Program-made: the position numbers and the translations under genes
Shown: piece after piece, positions 47,452 to 57,418 of the stretch
Numbering within the stretch: position 1 is the first letter of the stretch
How the letters are laid out: each line of letters starts with the position of its first letter
Source: an uncultured Planctomycetia bacterium
GTDB taxonomy: Bacteria; Planctomycetota; MHYJ01; WSZJ01
Length of the DNA stretch: 64,000 nt
Direction: 5' to 3'
Assembly: GCA_964590435.1 (NCBI GenBank)
Contig: CAZPWT010000045.1
Location: 31,027 to 95,026 of the forward strand
The notes under the pieces: generated by a model
The model's database searches: none
Told to the model about the DNA's origin: nothing
What the model saw: only the letters and a program-made list of their open reading frames with translations

Positions 47452-48228
47452 ATGCGAATCACCCGCCCGCTGGCCGTGCTTGCTGTCGTGCTCTCCGCCG
47501 GGATTGCGGTTCGGGCTGAAGAGGCGTCCGCCCCGGCCGTCCGGGAGAACGACCTGGCCGACTGGGACGTCGCGGCGCTGGCGGCCGGCGACTGGGCCGA
47601 GTTCGAGCTGGCCGGCCCTTCGGCGCCCCCGGCGGCCGGGAACAAGCGCCCCTCGCGCCGGCTGGCCTGCGTGGGCGTCGAAGGGGATCTCGTGTGGGTC
47701 GAAGTCACGATGAAGAACGCGGGAAGGGCGTGGGAGGGCATGGTGCTCTGCCTCGGCGCCCGGAAAGCGGACGGAAAAGTCGCGAAGGCGTACTGGGGGA
47801 AGCCCGGGGCCGCCTGCGAGGAGCTTGCCGTCGGCCCCGCCGCGACTGGTCCCGCCGTGGCCCCCGGAACGCCCCGCCCGACGGTGACCGCGACCGGGAC
47901 CGTCACGAAGGAGAAGACGAAGGCGGGAACCACGGCCTACGACTGCGAGAAGATCGAGGTGGAAACCCAGCTCACCAGCTCCTGCTGCGACGAAAAGTCC
48001 CGCATCACCACCTGGATCTCCGAGAAGGTCCCCTTCCGCGCCCGCATCGACGAGAAGATCCGCGTGAACGGCCTTGACGCCGACACGACCTGGAACGGGA
48101 AACCCTCCGTGAAGGGCGGAATCGTGCGCCGGCAGGTGTCCTCGGCCGGCTCGCTCGATGTCATGACGCTGCTCCGGAGCGGGACGGACGCGAAGGAGAC
48201 CCTTAAGCGCCCCGAGCCGAAGAAGTAA
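47452..48228 (+). CDS. Secreted protein, paralog C
   Basis: Signal peptide; GDWAEF, ACVGVEG, KAYWGK, CEKIE, WISEKVPF motifs. Confidence 0.82.
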   Translation: MRITRPLAVLAVVLSAGIAVRAEEASAPAVRENDLADWDVAALAAGDWAEFELAGPSAPPAAGNKRPSRRLACVGVEGDLVWVEVTMKNAGRAWEGMVLCLGARKADGKVAKAYWGKPGAACEELAVGPAATGPAVAPGTPRPTVTATGTVTKEKTKAGTTAYDCEKIEVETQLTSSCCDEKSRITTWISEKVPFRARIDEKIRVNGLDADTTWNGKPSVKGGIVRRQVSSAGSLDVMTLLRSGTDAKETLKRPEPKK

Positions 48229-48230
48229 GG

Positions 48231-49490
48231 TCACTTCAGCAGTCGGCGCGCTTCCTCGACCTTCGACTTCAGGTCCGCGACGGCGGCCTCCCCCGGCAGG
48301 GTCAGGGGTTTTCCGCCGGCGGTCACCTTTCCTGCGAGGAGCGCCTCGCCGGCTGAGGCCCAGCGATCGAGCGCGGCGCGGGCGGAGGCCGGGTCTTCGC
48401 GGGCGGTTTCGAGCAGCGGGTCGAAGAACTCGAGGAGCTGCCCCGCCTGTCCGGGACGCGCGTACTCGCGAATCTCGGTGCCGCGGTTCTTCTCGATTTC
48501 CGCGCGGACCTCGGGGGACACATCGTCGCCGATCTGGATGCGCTGCCGCTCCTCGGCCGGGAACTCCCAGGTGCCATCTTTCACCGCCGCCTCGTCGAGC
48601 ATGCCGCGGATCGCGTCGAGCCATGCGGCCCGCTCTTCCGGGCTGCGCATCTCCCGGGAGAAGCGCTCGTGGGCGCGGCCCAGCGTCCAGACGACTTCTT
48701 TCTTGGCCGACCAGTGCTCCTTGGCCTCCTCGCGGAGCCTCCGGAGATCGTCGGCCCACGTCGTCTTCATGTGGTAGCGCACGTCGATGTCGTCCCCGGC
48801 GCCCGGCTCGAGGTTCTCGAACGTCCAGGCGATCGCGCCGTCGGTGCGGGTCGCGCCGCGAAGCGGGTGGGCCGAGCGCACGTGGTCGAGCGTCAGCGGC
48901 GCTTCGCAGCGAAACGTGACCGTCGCTTTCCCGATCGGCCCCTTCCAGCGCGCCCCGGTCGACAGCGTGTACGACGCGCCGCGATACTCGCTGAACCCGA
49001 ACAGCTCGAGTTCGTACCGGACCTTATGGATGCGCGTCGCCCCGGCGGGGTACTTCGCGTCCCAGACGTACCAGTAGTCGTGGCGCCCGCTTTCGTCGTA
49101 CTCGTCGGCCTGCGCCTCCGTGACCGCGACGACCTTCCCCTCGAACCGGTCGACGAGCTTCGCCTCGACTTTCGCCCCGTCGATCTCCGCCTCGAATCCC
49201 TTCATGTTCTTCACCGGCCCGATCGGGAACCCCTCCTCGAACGCCGCGTCTCCGCCCGAGTTCCGCATCTCGAACGTCGCCTCGACGCGCAGTCGGTCGA
49301 CCCACGCGTCGTGATCCGCGCGGCCGAGCCGGAGCGACACGACCTCCGACGCCATCTCCACCTCGATCCCCTGCATGTCCCCGGTCGCCTCCAGGCCCGG
49401 CGCTTCACTGCGCGGCTTCGGGCCGATGTCGGCGCGGGCGGGAACGGCGGCGGCGAGGAAGAGGACGGCGGCGAGGTGGCGAAGGCGCAT
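48231..49490 (-). CDS. Secreted hypothetical protein, DUF4424-like N-terminal domain
   Basis: Signal peptide ending ARA; VEMASEVV, F.M.N, EGFP, Y.LSTGARWKGPIG motifs. Confidence 0.6.
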   Translation of the reverse strand: MRLRHLAAVLFLAAAVPARADIGPKPRSEAPGLEATGDMQGIEVEMASEVVSLRLGRADHDAWVDRLRVEATFEMRNSGGDAAFEEGFPIGPVKNMKGFEAEIDGAKVEAKLVDRFEGKVVAVTEAQADEYDESGRHDYWYVWDAKYPAGATRIHKVRYELELFGFSEYRGASYTLSTGARWKGPIGKATVTFRCEAPLTLDHVRSAHPLRGATRTDGAIAWTFENLEPGAGDDIDVRYHMKTTWADDLRRLREEAKEHWSAKKEVVWTLGRAHERFSREMRSPEERAAWLDAIRGMLDEAAVKDGTWEFPAEERQRIQIGDDVSPEVRAEIEKNRGTEIREYARPGQAGQLLEFFDPLLETAREDPASARAALDRWASAGEALLAGKVTAGGKPLTLPGEAAVADLKSKVEEARRLLK

Positions 49491-49542
49491 GGGGGTCCTG
49501 GAAACGGGGGAAGGTCCGGTACTATAACGGTCCGCCGCCCCC

Positions 49543-50331
49543 ATGAGATTCCACGACCCGCGCCTCCCCTCCGCCGCCGTGATCCTCGCGATCGCCGGCA
49601 GCCTCGCGCTTCCCGCCGCGCTCGCCGGCTGGATCCTGCTTGGCCCGGAGGTGGACGAGACGCCGAACGGGTTCCGGGTGGAGCCGGACCTGTTCGAGGG
49701 GGAACTGGAGCGGTACGACTGGGGGGAAATCGGCGCGGGGGACTGGGTGGAGCACGACGTCTCGACGGTGTCCGACGTGGTGCCGAACTTCCGGGTGCGG
49801 ACGCGGATGGCGTGCGTGGGCGTCGAGGGCCGGACGGCGTGGGTCGAGATGCGGGACCACCTCGTCGCGCGGTTTTTCCCCGGCGCGTCGGTGCTGTGCG
49901 AAGTGGAGAAATCGTCAGGGCGGATCGCGCGGGCATGGTGGGGGGGGCCGGGAAGGACGACGCGCGCGGTGGAGGTCCGGCGGCTGAAGAGCGGGGCGGG
50001 GCTGCCGGGATTCGAGCGGCGCGGGAGGACGGACGAGGCGATGCTGTCGGTGTCGGGGGTGGAGCTGCCGTGCGTGCGGTCCGTGCTGCAGGACCGGCCG
50101 GCGGGGGGAGCATGGTCGACCCGCTCGACGGTGTGGCTGTCGCGGGAGGTTCCGTTTCCCCGGAGCGCGAGCACGGCCTCGGGAGAGGACGCGGTCGCCT
50201 GGGCCGGGGCGCCGGCTCACGGCGGCGTCGCGCGCGAGGAGTTCCGCGGGCTCACCGTCCGGATGACGACCGAGCTGGCGGCATGGGGGCGCGACGCGAA
50301 ACAGACCGTCTGGCCGCCGGTCAGTCGGTAA
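49543..50331 (+). CDS. Membrane-anchored divergent paralog D of the 45761 family
   Basis: N-terminal TM; GDWVEH, ACVGVEG, RAWWG, VSGVELPC, WLSREVPF motifs. Confidence 0.75.
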   Translation: MRFHDPRLPSAAVILAIAGSLALPAALAGWILLGPEVDETPNGFRVEPDLFEGELERYDWGEIGAGDWVEHDVSTVSDVVPNFRVRTRMACVGVEGRTAWVEMRDHLVARFFPGASVLCEVEKSSGRIARAWWGGPGRTTRAVEVRRLKSGAGLPGFERRGRTDEAMLSVSGVELPCVRSVLQDRPAGGAWSTRSTVWLSREVPFPRSASTASGEDAVAWAGAPAHGGVAREEFRGLTVRMTTELAAWGRDAKQTVWPPVSR

Positions 50332-51187
50332 GCCGGAACGTCACGGGCATCGTGACGCGCGACGGCTCCGCGCGCCCGTCCCGAAGCGCCGGCAGGAACG
50401 TCCAGGTCCACGCCGCTTCCGTGGCGGCGTCGTCGAGGAGCCGGTGGCCGCTGGACTTTTCGAGGCGGACGGAGGCGACGGTGCCGTCGGCGGCGACGTC
50501 GAGCGACAGCGTGGCGGTTCCCTCGATCCCGCGGCGGCGCGCGGCGGCGGGATAGGAAGGAAGGCGTCCGCCCTGCCGGCGAGCCCAGCCATCGCCTCCT
50601 TCGCCGCCCGTCCCCGAATCGCCGCCGGTCGACGAGCCGGGCGTCGAAGAAGCGCCTTCGGCCGCGGGATCGCCGGCGCCGGAGCCCGGGGCGCCGTCCG
50701 CCACGGGAATTCCGTGCCCCGCCCGGACCCCGCGGGGGTCTCCGGGGCGCCCCCGCCCCGAATGCTCGGGGATGTGGCCGGCCATCAGGTCCTCGCGCAC
50801 GGTCCCGCCGCTCGACGGAGGCGGGCCGAGGCGCAGGTCCTCCGTCCCCGGGACCACCGGCGGCTCCCCGGTCTCAATCTCGCCGGGCGGAAGGTCCGGC
50901 ACCGAGGGGCGGTGCGATGCAACGGGCTCGCGCGAGCCGGGCAGCCCCGGCTTCCCCGCCGCGCCCGTGCCGCCCAGCGCGAGGCGGACCGGCGGAAGCT
51001 CCGGGTCGGCGGCGCGGTGGCGGACGATCATCGACGTGAGAAACGCGGCCGTCGCGAGCAGCGCCGCGTGCAGCGCCGCCGCGGCGCCCCACGAACCCGC
51101 GAGCGCCCTCCAGCCGCAGCGCAGCCGCCCGGCGCCGGCCGACCCCGGCGCCCTCTTGTTCGCCCGCAGCTCGGGAGCGGCGATCAC
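50321..51187 (-). CDS. TonB family energy transducer (start GTG 51187)
   Basis: TM with SxxxH-like AALH, Pro/Gly linker, YPAAARRRGIEG, SSGH..LD.AA..A, F.PA..DG C-terminal domain. Confidence 0.85.
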   Translation of the reverse strand: MIAAPELRANKRAPGSAGAGRLRCGWRALAGSWGAAAALHAALLATAAFLTSMIVRHRAADPELPPVRLALGGTGAAGKPGLPGSREPVASHRPSVPDLPPGEIETGEPPVVPGTEDLRLGPPPSSGGTVREDLMAGHIPEHSGRGRPGDPRGVRAGHGIPVADGAPGSGAGDPAAEGASSTPGSSTGGDSGTGGEGGDGWARRQGGRLPSYPAAARRRGIEGTATLSLDVAADGTVASVRLEKSSGHRLLDDAATEAAWTWTFLPALRDGRAEPSRVTMPVTFRLTD

Positions 51188-52095
51188 AGCGATCCCTTCT
51201 GGGCCTCGACATGCTCCAGGAACGCGCGGCAGATCCCCGAGAGCGTCCGCTCGTCGGAGACGACCAGGGTCAGTGCGCGGGACAGGTCCATCCCCTTGAC
51301 GCGCGCCGCCGCCAGCGCCCCGGCGCCCAGCTCCGTCCCGATCGCGCGGCGCGACACGATCGACACGCCGAGCCCCGCCTTCACGCTCTCCTTCACTTCT
51401 TCCGTCGACCCGACCTCGACCGACACCTGAAGCGGCCCGACGCCGGCCTCGGCGAGCTGGCGGTCCATCGTCTCGCGCGTGCCGCTTCCCTGCTCGCGCA
51501 TCACGAACTGCTCCTTCGCGAGGTCTGAGGGCTCGATCTGCCGTTTCTTCGCCCACGCATGTCCCGGGGGACAGATCACGACCAGCTCGTCCTTCGCGAT
51601 CTCCTCCGACTTGATCCCGCGGCGCTTCACGCGCGACCCGACGATCCCGAGTTCGATCCTGCCGGCGGCGACCATCTCGACGACTTCCGAGCTGTCCCCG
51701 CAGCGGATGGTGACCTTCACGTCGGGGTGCACCTCGCGGAACGAGCGGATCAGCCCCGGCAGCACGTACGTCCCGGGGATCGTGCTCCCCCCGAGGTCGA
51801 GCTGGCCGCGCACCGCGCCTTTCAGGTCGTCCAGCGCGCGCACCGCGTCGCGCTGCATCGCCAGCATCTTCTTCGCGTGCTCGTAGAACACCTGCCCCGC
51901 CCGCGTCAGCGACACCGCCCCGCGCACCCGGTCGAACAGCCGGTTCCCCACCGTCCGTTCCAGCGCCGCCATGTGCTCGCTCACCGTCGGCTGCGACAGG
52001 AACACCGCGTTCGCCGCCTTCGAGAACGAACGCTGCTCCGCCACCTGGCAGAAGACCTCGATCTGGCGAAGAGAGAAGTCCGGGCGTGATTTCAC
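51184..52095 (-). CDS. LysR family transcriptional regulator (CysL/CmpR-like; start GTG 52095)
   Basis: SFSKAA..VFLSQPTVS HTH, LFDR, GGSTIPGTYVLP, REQGSGTR, AGLGVSIVS motifs. Confidence 0.9.
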   Translation of the reverse strand: MKSRPDFSLRQIEVFCQVAEQRSFSKAANAVFLSQPTVSEHMAALERTVGNRLFDRVRGAVSLTRAGQVFYEHAKKMLAMQRDAVRALDDLKGAVRGQLDLGGSTIPGTYVLPGLIRSFREVHPDVKVTIRCGDSSEVVEMVAAGRIELGIVGSRVKRRGIKSEEIAKDELVVICPPGHAWAKKRQIEPSDLAKEQFVMREQGSGTRETMDRQLAEAGVGPLQVSVEVGSTEEVKESVKAGLGVSIVSRRAIGTELGAGALAAARVKGMDLSRALTLVVSDERTLSGICRAFLEHVEAQKGSL

Positions 52096-53687
52096 TTTTT
52101 CTTTCCCGTGGGTTTGATCGACTCGGTGCGGTACGGCTCCGACAGGCCTTTCCATTCCCAGACGTCGCCCTCGTCGGACGTGAACTTCGCGTCCAGCGTG
52201 TAGTTCCAGTCGTCGTTGTCCTTGAACTCGAGCAGGACCACGTCGAGCGACTCCGAGTCCGGGTCGTACCCCATCATCCCCGCCTTCGCGTTGGCCACCG
52301 TGAACTTGCGGCAGTCCGTGCTCCACGCGAACTTCTCGACCTTCATGCGCGTCACCACGTCCTTCTTCGCCGGCGCCTTGAACGTCACGTCCAGCATCCC
52401 CGCCTGCGCGACCTTCGCCGTCTTCCCGTTCTTGTCGGTGAACTGAAGCGACACCACGAGGAACGCCCCGCGGTACTTCGCCTGCTTCCCCTCGCCGACC
52501 CATTCGCCCTCGATCCAGCGCGACCCGCGCACCGCGATCGACTGCGCCACCGAGCGGATCTTCGGCTCCTCCGGCTTCTTCGGCTCCGGCACCTTCGGCG
52601 GATCCTTCGGCGGGTCCGTCCCCGCCACCTTCGGGTCAGGATCCTTCGGCCCCGGCTCCACGGGATCCTTCGGCGGATCCTCCGCCACCAGCGTCTCGTC
52701 CTCCTCGTACGACGCCGTGTACTTGTAGTCGTCGAACTCCGGCGGCCCCTTCATCGTGCTCGCAAACCCCGCGGTTTCCTGCGGATGAAGCGGCCGCTCG
52801 GGCGTCGCCATGAGCTCGCGCACCTGGTTGCCGCCCTTGAAGAGCATGATCTTGATGACGACGTTGCGGACGCCGATCGGCTTGCCGTTGCGCACGCGCC
52901 CCGTCACGCGGATCGAGCCGTCCTGGCGGTCCTCGAAGCGGAACCCGGCGGCCTCGACCTCGGCCTCGCCGCTGAATTCCCCCTCGGACATGTTGCGTTC
53001 CTGCGTCGTCGACTCCTCGATGTCCGCGCGCACGTTCTCGAACTCGGGCACGCCCTTGATCTTCACCAGCAGCGGCACTTCCTTGCCGAACTCGAACTTC
53101 TCCGTGAACGTCTGCGCCGCTTCCCGCACGAGGTTGTGGTCGGCGTCGTAGAACTTGAAGCGGATGCGGGCCATGTCGGCGGGGAGTTCGCCGGCGTTCT
53201 TGACCTTGAGGTTGACGGTGACGTCCTTGTCCTGGCGCTCGTGCTTGATGCCGTAGACCTCGAGGTATGCGGTCCCCGGGATGGCGTCCTTGCGCTCGGG
53301 CATGGGGGGATTGAAGAGGTCGCGGCCGATGAAGCGGGTGCGGGTTTCCTTGCCGTTGAGGAAGTAGGCGGCCTCGACGACGTAGTTGGTGAAGAAGGGG
53401 CACTTGGCGATTTCGAACGAGACTGGGCGTTCGCCGCCGGGGGCGACCTGGTCGATGTCGACGGCGCGGGAGCGGGCGACCTCGCGATCGCCCTCGAAGC
53501 AGATGAGGGCGACGCTGATGCCGGTAACGGGGGTGGCGCCGGCGTTCTTGACGCGGGAGTCGGCCCAGACCTTCTTTTCGAACCGCGTGCGGGCGATGGA
53601 GAACTCGGAGAACTGGAGCGGGATTTCCTCGGCGCGGGCGGCGAGGGAGGCGAGAAGGGCGAAGGACAGGATCCGGATGGTTTTCAT
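52092..53687 (-). CDS. Secreted protein with three FxLYD-like Ig domains and a Pro-rich linker
   Basis: Signal peptide; repeated V[KR]N.G......V...F.[DE] segments; PKDP repeats. Confidence 0.6.
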   Translation of the reverse strand: MKTIRILSFALLASLAARAEEIPLQFSEFSIARTRFEKKVWADSRVKNAGATPVTGISVALICFEGDREVARSRAVDIDQVAPGGERPVSFEIAKCPFFTNYVVEAAYFLNGKETRTRFIGRDLFNPPMPERKDAIPGTAYLEVYGIKHERQDKDVTVNLKVKNAGELPADMARIRFKFYDADHNLVREAAQTFTEKFEFGKEVPLLVKIKGVPEFENVRADIEESTTQERNMSEGEFSGEAEVEAAGFRFEDRQDGSIRVTGRVRNGKPIGVRNVVIKIMLFKGGNQVRELMATPERPLHPQETAGFASTMKGPPEFDDYKYTASYEEDETLVAEDPPKDPVEPGPKDPDPKVAGTDPPKDPPKVPEPKKPEEPKIRSVAQSIAVRGSRWIEGEWVGEGKQAKYRGAFLVVSLQFTDKNGKTAKVAQAGMLDVTFKAPAKKDVVTRMKVEKFAWSTDCRKFTVANAKAGMMGYDPDSESLDVVLLEFKDNDDWNYTLDAKFTSDEGDVWEWKGLSEPYRTESIKPTGKKK

Positions 53688-53795
53688 GGCGATGCTCGCG
53701 AGTGGGCCCCCTCGGAAAGGACGGTCATGCCGTGCGATCGTGACATTCTAATTCGGGAAGGGCACGGGAGAACACGATATCCGCACAGGGTTTTC

Positions 53796-55040
53796 CTATG
53801 GCGTCGGGCGCCCTCCGCCCACCGCACTCCGTTCCGGCGACCCGTTGTGCGCCCGCTCCACGTACTCCATCAGCATCGCGAACTGCTTGAAGAAGTCGTG
53901 CTCGCGCACCAGCGCCGGCGACTTGAAGAAGCACGCCAGGTGCCGCAGCGCGCCCGACTCGCCCCGCCGCGCGGCGAAGTCCGTCATCCGCACCAGGTCC
54001 AGCACCAGCGGCGCGGCCAGCGCCGAGTCGCACCCCTGCCACGTGAACTGCATCGTCATCCGCGTGCCGAGGAAGCCCTCGAAGTGGATGAAGTTCCACG
54101 CCGTCTTCCAGTCGCCCAGCGACGGGCAGTAGTCGATCGTCACGTGCGAGTGCAGCGACTCGTCCTTCACCAGCTGCTTCAGCGCTTCTTCCTTGTCCTT
54201 GGTCTTCGACCGGTTGGCGCCCGGCTGCTTGAGGACGAGCCCGTCGCGGTTCCCGAGGATGTTGTGCGACTCCCACGACAGCAGCCGCAGGTTGCGCGCG
54301 AGGAACATCGGCGCGAGCGCCGTCTTCACCAGCGTCTCCCCCGTCTTCCCGTCTTTCCCCGCGTGCGGTACTCCCCGGATCAACGCGAGCTCTTCCATCG
54401 CGGGGATCGACGCCCCGAACGACGGCGTGAAGTTCACGAACGGGCACCCGAGGTCGATCGCGGCGTAGGCATAGAGGACGGAAGCGCAGAGCAGCTTGCG
54501 GCGGTCCTCGACGATGAGGCGCGCGAAGTCGCGGAGGGTGCCGTACTCGCGCGGCGCGTCGTGCCCCGCCTCGGTCGACGCCAGGTTCACCACGATCACG
54601 CGGTCGAGCCGGTGCTTCTCGCGGAACGCCCTGATCTGCCGCTGGATCTCCGCCACCACTTCGCTCGCCGTCCGGCCATTCTCGATCCCGCCGTCCTTCG
54701 CCATCGCCGTGACTTCCTCGCCGCAGTTCAGCGAGCACCCCGGCGTGATGTCCCTGGAAATCTCGAGCAGCTCCGGCCTCAGCGCGTCGATCAGCTCCCG
54801 CGAGACGATCCCCGGGTCGCGCCGCACTTCCTCCGCCGCCCCCACCATGTCCGTCCGACGCACGTCGCATCCGCCGAAAACGATGTCGCCCATCGGCGCC
54901 AGGTCCAGCTCCTTCAGCGCCGGAAGCTCCGTGACCAGCCCGGTCCGCCCCACGAGGCCTTTCTTGATCCCTTCCGCCCCGCAGACCACGCACGTCGCGA
55001 CGCTTCCGTACGCCCCGATGATCCACACGCCGGTCTTCAT
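53796..55040 (-). CDS. ino1: myo-inositol-1-phosphate synthase
   Basis: VVNLASTE, FVNFTP, GKDGKTGETLVKT, NILGNRDG, DWKTAW, DSALAAPLVLDL motifs. Confidence 0.93.
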   Translation of the reverse strand: MKTGVWIIGAYGSVATCVVCGAEGIKKGLVGRTGLVTELPALKELDLAPMGDIVFGGCDVRRTDMVGAAEEVRRDPGIVSRELIDALRPELLEISRDITPGCSLNCGEEVTAMAKDGGIENGRTASEVVAEIQRQIRAFREKHRLDRVIVVNLASTEAGHDAPREYGTLRDFARLIVEDRRKLLCASVLYAYAAIDLGCPFVNFTPSFGASIPAMEELALIRGVPHAGKDGKTGETLVKTALAPMFLARNLRLLSWESHNILGNRDGLVLKQPGANRSKTKDKEEALKQLVKDESLHSHVTIDYCPSLGDWKTAWNFIHFEGFLGTRMTMQFTWQGCDSALAAPLVLDLVRMTDFAARRGESGALRHLACFFKSPALVREHDFFKQFAMLMEYVERAHNGSPERSAVGGGRPTP

Positions 55041-55098
55041 GGCTCTCTCCTTGGAAGGCCCGGGGCGACCCTCGCGGGCCGCCCCGGCCGTTGTCTCA

Positions 55099-56241
55099 CT
55101 ACTTCAGGTGCTTCGCCGCACGGTTCAGCGCCATGAGCGAATAGAGCGTCGGAAGGGGCTGCATGTCCTCCCACCACCGCGCGTCGCCGACCCAGTTCCC
55201 GTCTTCCTTCTGGAGCGCCGCGAGCTTCGCCGTGAGCTCTTCCGCCCACTTGTGAGTCTCGCCGTCGGCGTCCTTGATCTCGTCCAGGCCGCCGGCATCG
55301 AGGGCCGAGGCGAACGCGTGCAGGTAGTAGAAGTACCCCTGCGCCTTCATGCCGGGGTTTTCGTCCAGCGTGTAGTGCTTGGCGATCCACCCCATTGCAG
55401 CCTTCACGCGCGGGTCTTCCTTGGTCAGCCCGGCGTAGATCATCGACTTGTACCCCTCGTACGTCATCGAGCCGTACGAGCGGAAGCACTGCTTGCCGTT
55501 GGGGAGCGTTTCCTTCTCGGCCTTGGATTCGCCGGGGCGGTAGAAGAAGCCGCCGTCGTCGCCGACCGTCACGCCAAGCTTGTCGAACCCGGGGCCGTCG
55601 TTGGACTCGCTGCGGTTCTGGCAGCGCTGCACGAACGTCAGCGCACGCTTCCAGACTTCGCTGTCCTTCGGCACGCCCGCCGCGTCGAGCGCCTCGAGCA
55701 TGTAGGTCGTGTTCGACATGTCGCCGCGCGGCTGGTCCTTTTTCTCGTCATACCCCGCGCCGCCGAAGTTCGGGTCGTTCTTGTCGGCCTTCTGCGGGCC
55801 GGCTTCCTGGTACTGGAAGCTGATGAGCCACTTGGCGCCCTTTTCGAGCACGTCCTTGTACTTCGCCTTGTCCACGATCGCGAGCGCGGTCATGGTGATC
55901 GCCGTCTTGTAGTTCGTGAGCTTCGGCACGGCGCCCGCGTTCGCGATCGAGCCGTCCTCGGCCTGGTTCTTCACGAGGTAATCGCAGGCCTTCGCGATCG
56001 CCGCCGCGTGCGTCTTCTTGCCGTCCTCGGTCCCTGCGAGCGCGGACAGGGCCAGCCCTGTGATCGCCACGTCCGAGTTGTCCCCCAGTCCCTTCAGCGC
56101 CCAACCGCCGTCCTCGCGCTGCAGTTTCACCAGCGCGTCGGCGCCCTTCGCCCACGTCTTCGCGAAATCCTCCTTCGGCCCGGCCATCACCGCGCCGGCC
56201 GACACCAGCAACGCCGCCATCACCGCCACGGACGTCTTCAT
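55099..56241 (-). CDS. Secreted prenyltransferase/squalene-oxidase (QW) repeat protein
   Basis: Signal peptide; LQREDGGW, QAEDGS, DDGGF.Y, GSMTYEG, QKEDGNW repeats. Confidence 0.8.
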   Translation of the reverse strand: MKTSVAVMAALLVSAGAVMAGPKEDFAKTWAKGADALVKLQREDGGWALKGLGDNSDVAITGLALSALAGTEDGKKTHAAAIAKACDYLVKNQAEDGSIANAGAVPKLTNYKTAITMTALAIVDKAKYKDVLEKGAKWLISFQYQEAGPQKADKNDPNFGGAGYDEKKDQPRGDMSNTTYMLEALDAAGVPKDSEVWKRALTFVQRCQNRSESNDGPGFDKLGVTVGDDGGFFYRPGESKAEKETLPNGKQCFRSYGSMTYEGYKSMIYAGLTKEDPRVKAAMGWIAKHYTLDENPGMKAQGYFYYLHAFASALDAGGLDEIKDADGETHKWAEELTAKLAALQKEDGNWVGDARWWEDMQPLPTLYSLMALNRAAKHLK

Positions 56242-56437
56242 GACCCCTCCTCATGGATACCTGGCAACCGCCGGCCGGCTTTCCCCCCTGCCGGCGGCCG
56301 CCTGACCTCGGGGGCCGCCCGAAGCGGGCCCCCGCAATGTTCGAATGGGACGGAAGCGCCGGCCGCAGCCGGCCGGCGATTCGCGAACACGGGATGGTAG
56401 CCCCGCGACGCGATCGTGGCCACCGCCGGATGGCGAT

Positions 56438-57418
56438 TCATCGCGGCTCCCCCGCAAAGTAGCGCTCCACGACGCCGTCGTACTCGGTGGGCCAGCTCGG
56501 GCGCGCCAGGGCCGTGCGATCGGCCGGGGCGACGGGCGAGACGGAGGTGGACGCGGGGACGGCGCCGGCCGAGGCAGAAGCGCCTGTGCCGGCGTCGGTC
56601 GCGGGCGGTGCGAGGTTGGACGCCGCCGCCGCGCCGGACGCCGTCTCCGCGAGACGCGCGCTTCCCGCGTCCAGCCGGTCGGCGACGCGCTGGAGGAGGC
56701 GGGCGGCCTCGGGGTCGGTGCTGCGAAGGGCGGCGACGGCGGCGCGGATCCGGGCGGCCTCGCGGGCGAAGTCGGCGGCGACCTGGCCGGCGTCCTTTCC
56801 CGCGGCGCCGTTGGCAAGCTCGGCCGCGCGCTTGGCCGCCGCTTCGGCGTCGGTCGAGCCCGAAATCGCCGCGGCCGCCTGGGCCTCGGCAGCGCTGCGG
56901 GCGAGCCGCTCCCGCTCTTCGTTGACGATCCGGGGACCGCGAACCTCCCCGCGGGCGCCCGAGGGTTTCGAGGGCGCGGCGAGGGAGAGAAGCGCCACGG
57001 CGGCGGCGGCGAGGGCGGCGAGGGCGTCGCGGCGGCGGAAGGTCCAGGCGAAGGAAGCGGGGCGGAGGGAAGCGAGCCCGTCGGCGGCGACGCGCGCGGC
57101 GAGATCGCCCTTTTCTTTGCGGGCCGCGAATTCCCAGGCGGTCGCGACGCGGTCGCCGGCGCCGACGGCGCGGTCGAGCGCGACGGCGGCCTCGGCCAGG
57201 GTGACCTTCGTCATCGCGCCCCACGCCGCGCCGGCCGCGGCGCAGGCCGCCACCGCGAGCGGCGCGAGCCATCCCGGGCCGCCCGCCCACGCGGCCGCCG
57301 CCAGCCCGGCCGCGGGAATCGCCGCCCACGCCGCCCCGGCCACGGCACGGCGCGCCGAGAGCCGGCCGTGAAGCCGGTCCCGCGCCTCGCCCACCGCCCG
57401 CCGGAGCTTCGCGCTCAT
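56438..57418 (-). CDS. Hypothetical membrane protein
   Basis: TM pairs, A..LD....GDRVATA motif, C-terminal PTEYDGVVERYF; ATGA overlap with upstream gene. Confidence 0.65.
   Translation of the reverse strand: MSAKLRRAVGEARDRLHGRLSARRAVAGAAWAAIPAAGLAAAAWAGGPGWLAPLAVAACAAAGAAWGAMTKVTLAEAAVALDRAVGAGDRVATAWEFAARKEKGDLAARVAADGLASLRPASFAWTFRRRDALAALAAAAVALLSLAAPSKPSGARGEVRGPRIVNEERERLARSAAEAQAAAAISGSTDAEAAAKRAAELANGAAGKDAGQVAADFAREAARIRAAVAALRSTDPEAARLLQRVADRLDAGSARLAETASGAAAASNLAPPATDAGTGASASAGAVPASTSVSPVAPADRTALARPSWPTEYDGVVERYFAGEPR

Noticed and set aside
55099-56241. Squalene-hopene cyclase
   Set aside because: Too short (380 aa), has a signal peptide and lacks the DxDD catalytic motif
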